DNA of 64,000 nt from Candidatus Marinacidobacterales bacterium (GTDB lineage: Bacteria > Acidobacteriota > Vicinamibacteria > Marinacidobacterales > SMYC01). Positions 60,319-64,000 of this stretch are shown piece after piece (within the stretch, counting starts at the first letter, position 1; each line of letters opens with the position of its first letter). Location: contig CBDCYI010000004.1 in the NCBI GenBank assembly GCA_965224085.1, positions 1,890,234-1,954,233 of the forward strand, in the 5' to 3' direction. The notes under the pieces were generated by a model that was given only the letters and a program-made list of their open reading frames with translations, had not been told where the DNA came from and made no database searches. A program made the position numbers and the translations under genes.

Positions 60319-61266
60319 TCAGGTCAACTTCCTGTCGGCCAACAATAGGGTGGCAGACTCACCCATGTGCCGGATGCATGTCCCTTCCACGAGTTTCCCA
60401 CTTGGCAGATTTCCCCGAATTGTCAATCCAACGAGTGACTCCATCCTATCTGCGCCCTCCAGATGAACGCGAATACTGCGAAATGTTCCGAACGTTTGAA
60501 ACATCCAGGATGCTTCACCCCTGCATGAGACCGGCCTTCCATCCGAGTATCGCCTCAACTCGGCCAATGGTTCGTTAGATGCCTCTTCCCAATTGCATGG
60601 GAGTACTACAGTCCTGTTCTCAATCTTTATCATCCAACAAGGCACCGGTTCACTCATCAACAAAATATCTCTGTCTGGCATATTTTCAGTACTGTCGATG
60701 ACATACTTGCCAGCAACACCCTGGTTTAGCGGATCCAATATCTGTTTCCGTACCGCTGCGAGCAACTCTGAGTGGACATAATGATACCCTTCCGACGACC
60801 CCAACAAAGAGAACATCGCCAAGTAGGCAGCCTTCAGCCACGATGTGGCAACCGCTTCTCGATTCGGAATCCTTAAACTCATGGTGAAATTGCCGGTCTT
60901 CGAATTCCTAAGGCTTCGAAAGTCTCGTTTCGAGAATCCACCAAAGGCGGGCGTAAGTTCCTTGCCCTCATCTGACAGATAAAATGAATCGCGCTTGCCA
61001 AGAATATCGACCGTTACTTTAGTCGGCTGTCTGGTAATTGCAGCGATTTGATCAATGTCGCGTCCTGTGCCAGCATTGCACTTCTTGCAGGTGAGACATC
61101 TCGCCCTCCCGCTAATAAACTTCGGGGGTACGTGCTCCAGCGTCACTATTCTTCCCGCGTTTGCCTCCTCTCTGGTGAAAGGGGTCAAACAAATGGGACA
61201 TTCCACATTGCCATTATCGTATAGCTGCAATCGTGTGCTTCTACCGGTTTTTCTTGCCACGTCCAA
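60319..61266 (-). CDS. HNH endonuclease domain protein
   Basis: CPICL...TLEHVPPK...CLTCKKCN; visibly lower GC than the core genes. Confidence 0.8.
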   Translation of the reverse strand: MDVARKTGRSTRLQLYDNGNVECPICLTPFTREEANAGRIVTLEHVPPKFISGRARCLTCKKCNAGTGRDIDQIAAITRQPTKVTVDILGKRDSFYLSDEGKELTPAFGGFSKRDFRSLRNSKTGNFTMSLRIPNREAVATSWLKAAYLAMFSLLGSSEGYHYVHSELLAAVRKQILDPLNQGVAGKYVIDSTENMPDRDILLMSEPVPCWMIKIENRTVVLPCNWEEASNEPLAELRRYSDGRPVSCRGEASWMFQTFGTFRSIRVHLEGADRMESLVGLTIRGNLPSGKLVEGTCIRHMGESATLLLADRKLT

Positions 61267-61767
61267 ACCTCAAGAAATGACTTCCTCTGAACCTATGCTC
61301 CGCAAAAACTCGATCCGTCGTTGATTCCGCAGTTTAGACCTGCCAGGATTGGCCGTTTCGCGGCGAACGGATGACGTGATCCGACATCATTGTAAACGTG
61401 GAAAGGTTCGGTCTTGCGCGTCGTGTCCGAAAATACGAACGGAGCTGAAATCTCGAATCGTGGAGGCGTCCTCGAAATTCGCGGAGACCAGCCGACGCGG
61501 CTCTGGCTCTGCGATAGGCGCTTCCGCACAGGACGAGGATAGCTGCCGACGTTCGCCTGGCCGCCCGACCAGACAACGGCTGCCTGATCAACAGCGAATG
61601 TCGATGGAACTCTCAAAGAAACTCTCGCCGCGCTTTAGCCAGCTCTACTCGATCGCGGTTTACTGCCAGGACACTTCCCAGTTATAGAAAAAGTCGTAGA
61701 AGCCCGAGGCATCGTCGAGGTTTCCGGTGATGCTCACGACCCCCGGCTCGATGTAAGGAAACGCTAC

Positions 61768-62208
61768 CCCGTCCTGTGCCAAAACTCGGCCCTCTTGAAA
61801 TAGCTGATAAATCAGCAGCTTAGCGTCTGTGTTTGCGACTGGGCCAAGGGCTGTAGGCTCTACAATCGTCTTGGGCGGGCGGGTCGTCACCATGCAGATG
61901 ACCACCTACTCCGAGAACGAATATCCAAGCGTGTTCCTGAAGTTGTGTTTCCACGCTACGCCGGTCGAGTCCACCGAGGGGCTACCATCGTCGGCGACAA
62001 TCGACGCGGCACGGTAGTAGTACTTGAGAATGCCCCAAAGTCGCTCTCGCGATATGATGAGGCCAGCGTCCTTCGCGCTTGCCGGCAGAGGGGTGATGAG
62101 CTCGTTGCCGAGACCTTGGTGGTTTCGTTCTGTCGGTCGCAAAACACAGACGCTAAGCTGCTGATTTATCAGCTATTTCAAGAGGGCCGAGTTTTGGCAC
62201 AGGACGGG
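61768..62208 (-). mobile_element. 441-bp non-autonomous element with about 70-bp TIRs, CTAC target duplication and integrase C-terminal scrap
   Basis: ctac|cccgtcctgtgccaaaactc ... gagttttggcacaggacggg|ctac; internal ERNHQGLGNELI...RERLWGILKYYYRAA. Confidence 0.85.
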
Positions 62209-62436
62209 CTACGCGGCGGCCACCAACACTTGATGGCGGAAGCACCGCGCAATCAACGCTGGATCGACTTTTTGCGGAGCACAGCCGTTCGTAATGGAAA
62301 GAGCGCGGGATGGAAAGGTGGCCGCAAGCCCTGGCGGGGCCGGTTGGGAAAAGTTGGGATTCGCGCTGTGCCACGAAAGCGGGGCGACTCCAAGATGTGG
62401 GGGACACATGAGCGACTTGTGGAATGGGAAGGCAGG

Positions 62437-63900
62437 ATGATCCGATTACTCACAGCCGGGGCTCGAATCGCGCTTGTCGCAGTTGCGATGACGGTGACTG
62501 TTCCGATGATTACGTTCCCGCAAACGAGCCAAACCACCACTGAAGGCGAGCCTACGGCGGCCGAGGCAGCAGTCGCCAACGCCAGCCCAACGAGCGACGA
62601 GAACAGCACGGATAACGACACGTCCGTGAAAACCGGTCCGCCCGCCAAGTCGCCGATCCCTGTTGCGGTCGAAAACGAACTCCGACGCGAGCTTCTGGAT
62701 GACCGGGCGGCGTATATCGATCGCTGGCTCTCTGTCATCGCTATTGTCTTCACATTCTTTAGCATTGTCGCTGTCGTGCTCGGCTACATAGGCTTCAAAC
62801 GATTCCGGGAAATCGAGACCGAGGCGAAAAACAGTGTCGATACCGTTACTAAAGATGCGGAAACGGTTAAGCGCTACGTCGAGGAGATTGAGAGGAACCG
62901 AGATAAATCCGACGAGATTGTCCGGGACATGAACGCATCGACTGCTGTCGATGACCCTAAAGAGACGAGTCAAGCCATCGAGAATGTCCGTGAAAACCCC
63001 AAGGCACCGCTGATTAGTAAAGCAATTGCCCTCGCTGTTTCTCTCCAGCAGCAAGACAGGACAGAAGATGCAATCGAGAAATGGCGTGGCGTCGCCCACG
63101 TTGCGGAAGACAGCGATAACGATCAAGCCGCGAGAGCGTGGTTATCAGTCGGTTATTTGCTTGCGAAAGAGTCCCCGGAAGACAGCATATCGGCCTATGG
63201 TCGAGCAATCCGCCTGAAACCAGGCTACGCCGAAGCCTACTACAATCAGGGCGTCTCGAAGGGTGAGTTGGGGCGACACGATGACGCCATCACCGATTAT
63301 GACGAGGCGATCCGCCTGAAACCAGACTTCGCCGAAGCCTACTCCAACCGGGGCAACACAAAGGAAGCGCTGGGGCGACACGATGACGCCATCGCCGATT
63401 ATGACAAGGCGATCCGCCTGAAACGAAACCTCGCCGAAGCCTACACCAACCGGGGCGTCTCGAAGGGCAACCTGGGGCGACACGATGACGCCATTGCCGA
63501 TCATGACGAGGCGATCCGCCTGAAACCAGGCTACGCCGAAGCCTACTACAATCGGGGCCTCTCGAAGGACGAGCTGGGACGACACGATGACGCCATCGCC
63601 GATTATGACAAGGCGATCCGCCTGAAACCAGACTTCGCCGAAGCCTACTCCAACCGGGGACACTCAAAGGAAGCGCTGGGGCGACACGATGACGCCATCG
63701 CCGATTGTAACGAGGCGATCCGCCTGAAACCAGACTTCGCCGAAGCCTACTGCAATCGGAGCGTCTCGAAGGCCAACCTGGGGCGACACGATGACGCTAT
63801 CACCGATTATGACAAGGCGATCCGCCTGAAACCAGACTTCGCCGAAGCCTACTCCAACCGGGGCAACACAAAGGAAGCGCTGGGGCGACACGATGACGCC
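62437..63900 (+). CDS. Membrane-anchored TPR repeat protein, broken at 63900
   Basis: Hydrophobic leader, TM WLSVIAIVFTFFSIVAVVLGYIGF, coiled coil, 34-aa repeats AEAYxNRG...AIADYDxAIRLKP. Confidence 0.85.
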
Positions 63901-64000
63901 GCCCCAGGTTGCCCTTCGAGACACCCCGGTTGGTGTAGGCTTCGGCGAAGTCTGGTTTCAGGCGGATCGCCTTGTCATAATCGGTGATGGCGTCATCGTG
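63205..64000. repeat. 102-bp tandem repeats (about 7 forward units, then an inverted unit from 63901)
   Basis: atccgcctgaaac recurs every 102 bp; 63901-64000 is the same repeat family on the minus strand. Confidence 0.9.

Noticed and set aside
61945-62436. N-terminal extension of the TPR ORF
   Set aside because: Read-through across the mini-element repeat; ATG 62437 with a hydrophobic leader is more plausible.
63205-63900. CRISPR array or DGR target in the 102-bp repeats
   Set aside because: Units are contiguous in-frame TPR codons with no unique spacers; no cas or reverse transcriptase gene in the window.

Overview
GC-rich bacterial chromosomal segment, most likely Acidobacteriota (PadR plus ADOP-type orphan permease pair, acidobacterial-type VWA protein; inference from family hallmarks). 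Intact core and envelope genes: nadE, rpiA, pta, rpsU, purD, purE, galU, serS, tRNA-Ser(TGA), an osmoprotectant ABC transporter, a TonB-dependent receptor, a LigC/Prim-Pol/PolX repair cluster and a UbiA plus four-GT4 glycan cluster. These alternate with three decayed mobile-DNA zones. (1) About 10.7-18.9 kb: IS91 relic, BrnT/BrnA, tRNA 3' relic, IS200 relic, and an IS5/IS903-group copy cutting an IS1380. (2) About 49.7-53.3 kb: IS1634 with a CTAG target duplication, a truncated YjjJ/HipA toxin and a second IS903-group copy. (3) An island after tRNA-Ser: type I R-M scraps, integrase-core mini-elements, an HNH gene and a TPR repeat gene. No CRISPR array or reverse transcriptase was seen. Best leads: a MerR-type regulator with a consensus promoter and palindrome coupled to a signal-less alpha-2-macroglobulin-like gene; two unannotated miniature TIR elements with target duplications; a signal-peptide FHA protein paired with a VWA protein; the A-B-B-A GT4 cluster; and the Ku-less repair cluster. 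Many truncations and abrupt junctions may be real decay or assembly/amplification chimeras. All calls are by eye from motifs; no searches were run.
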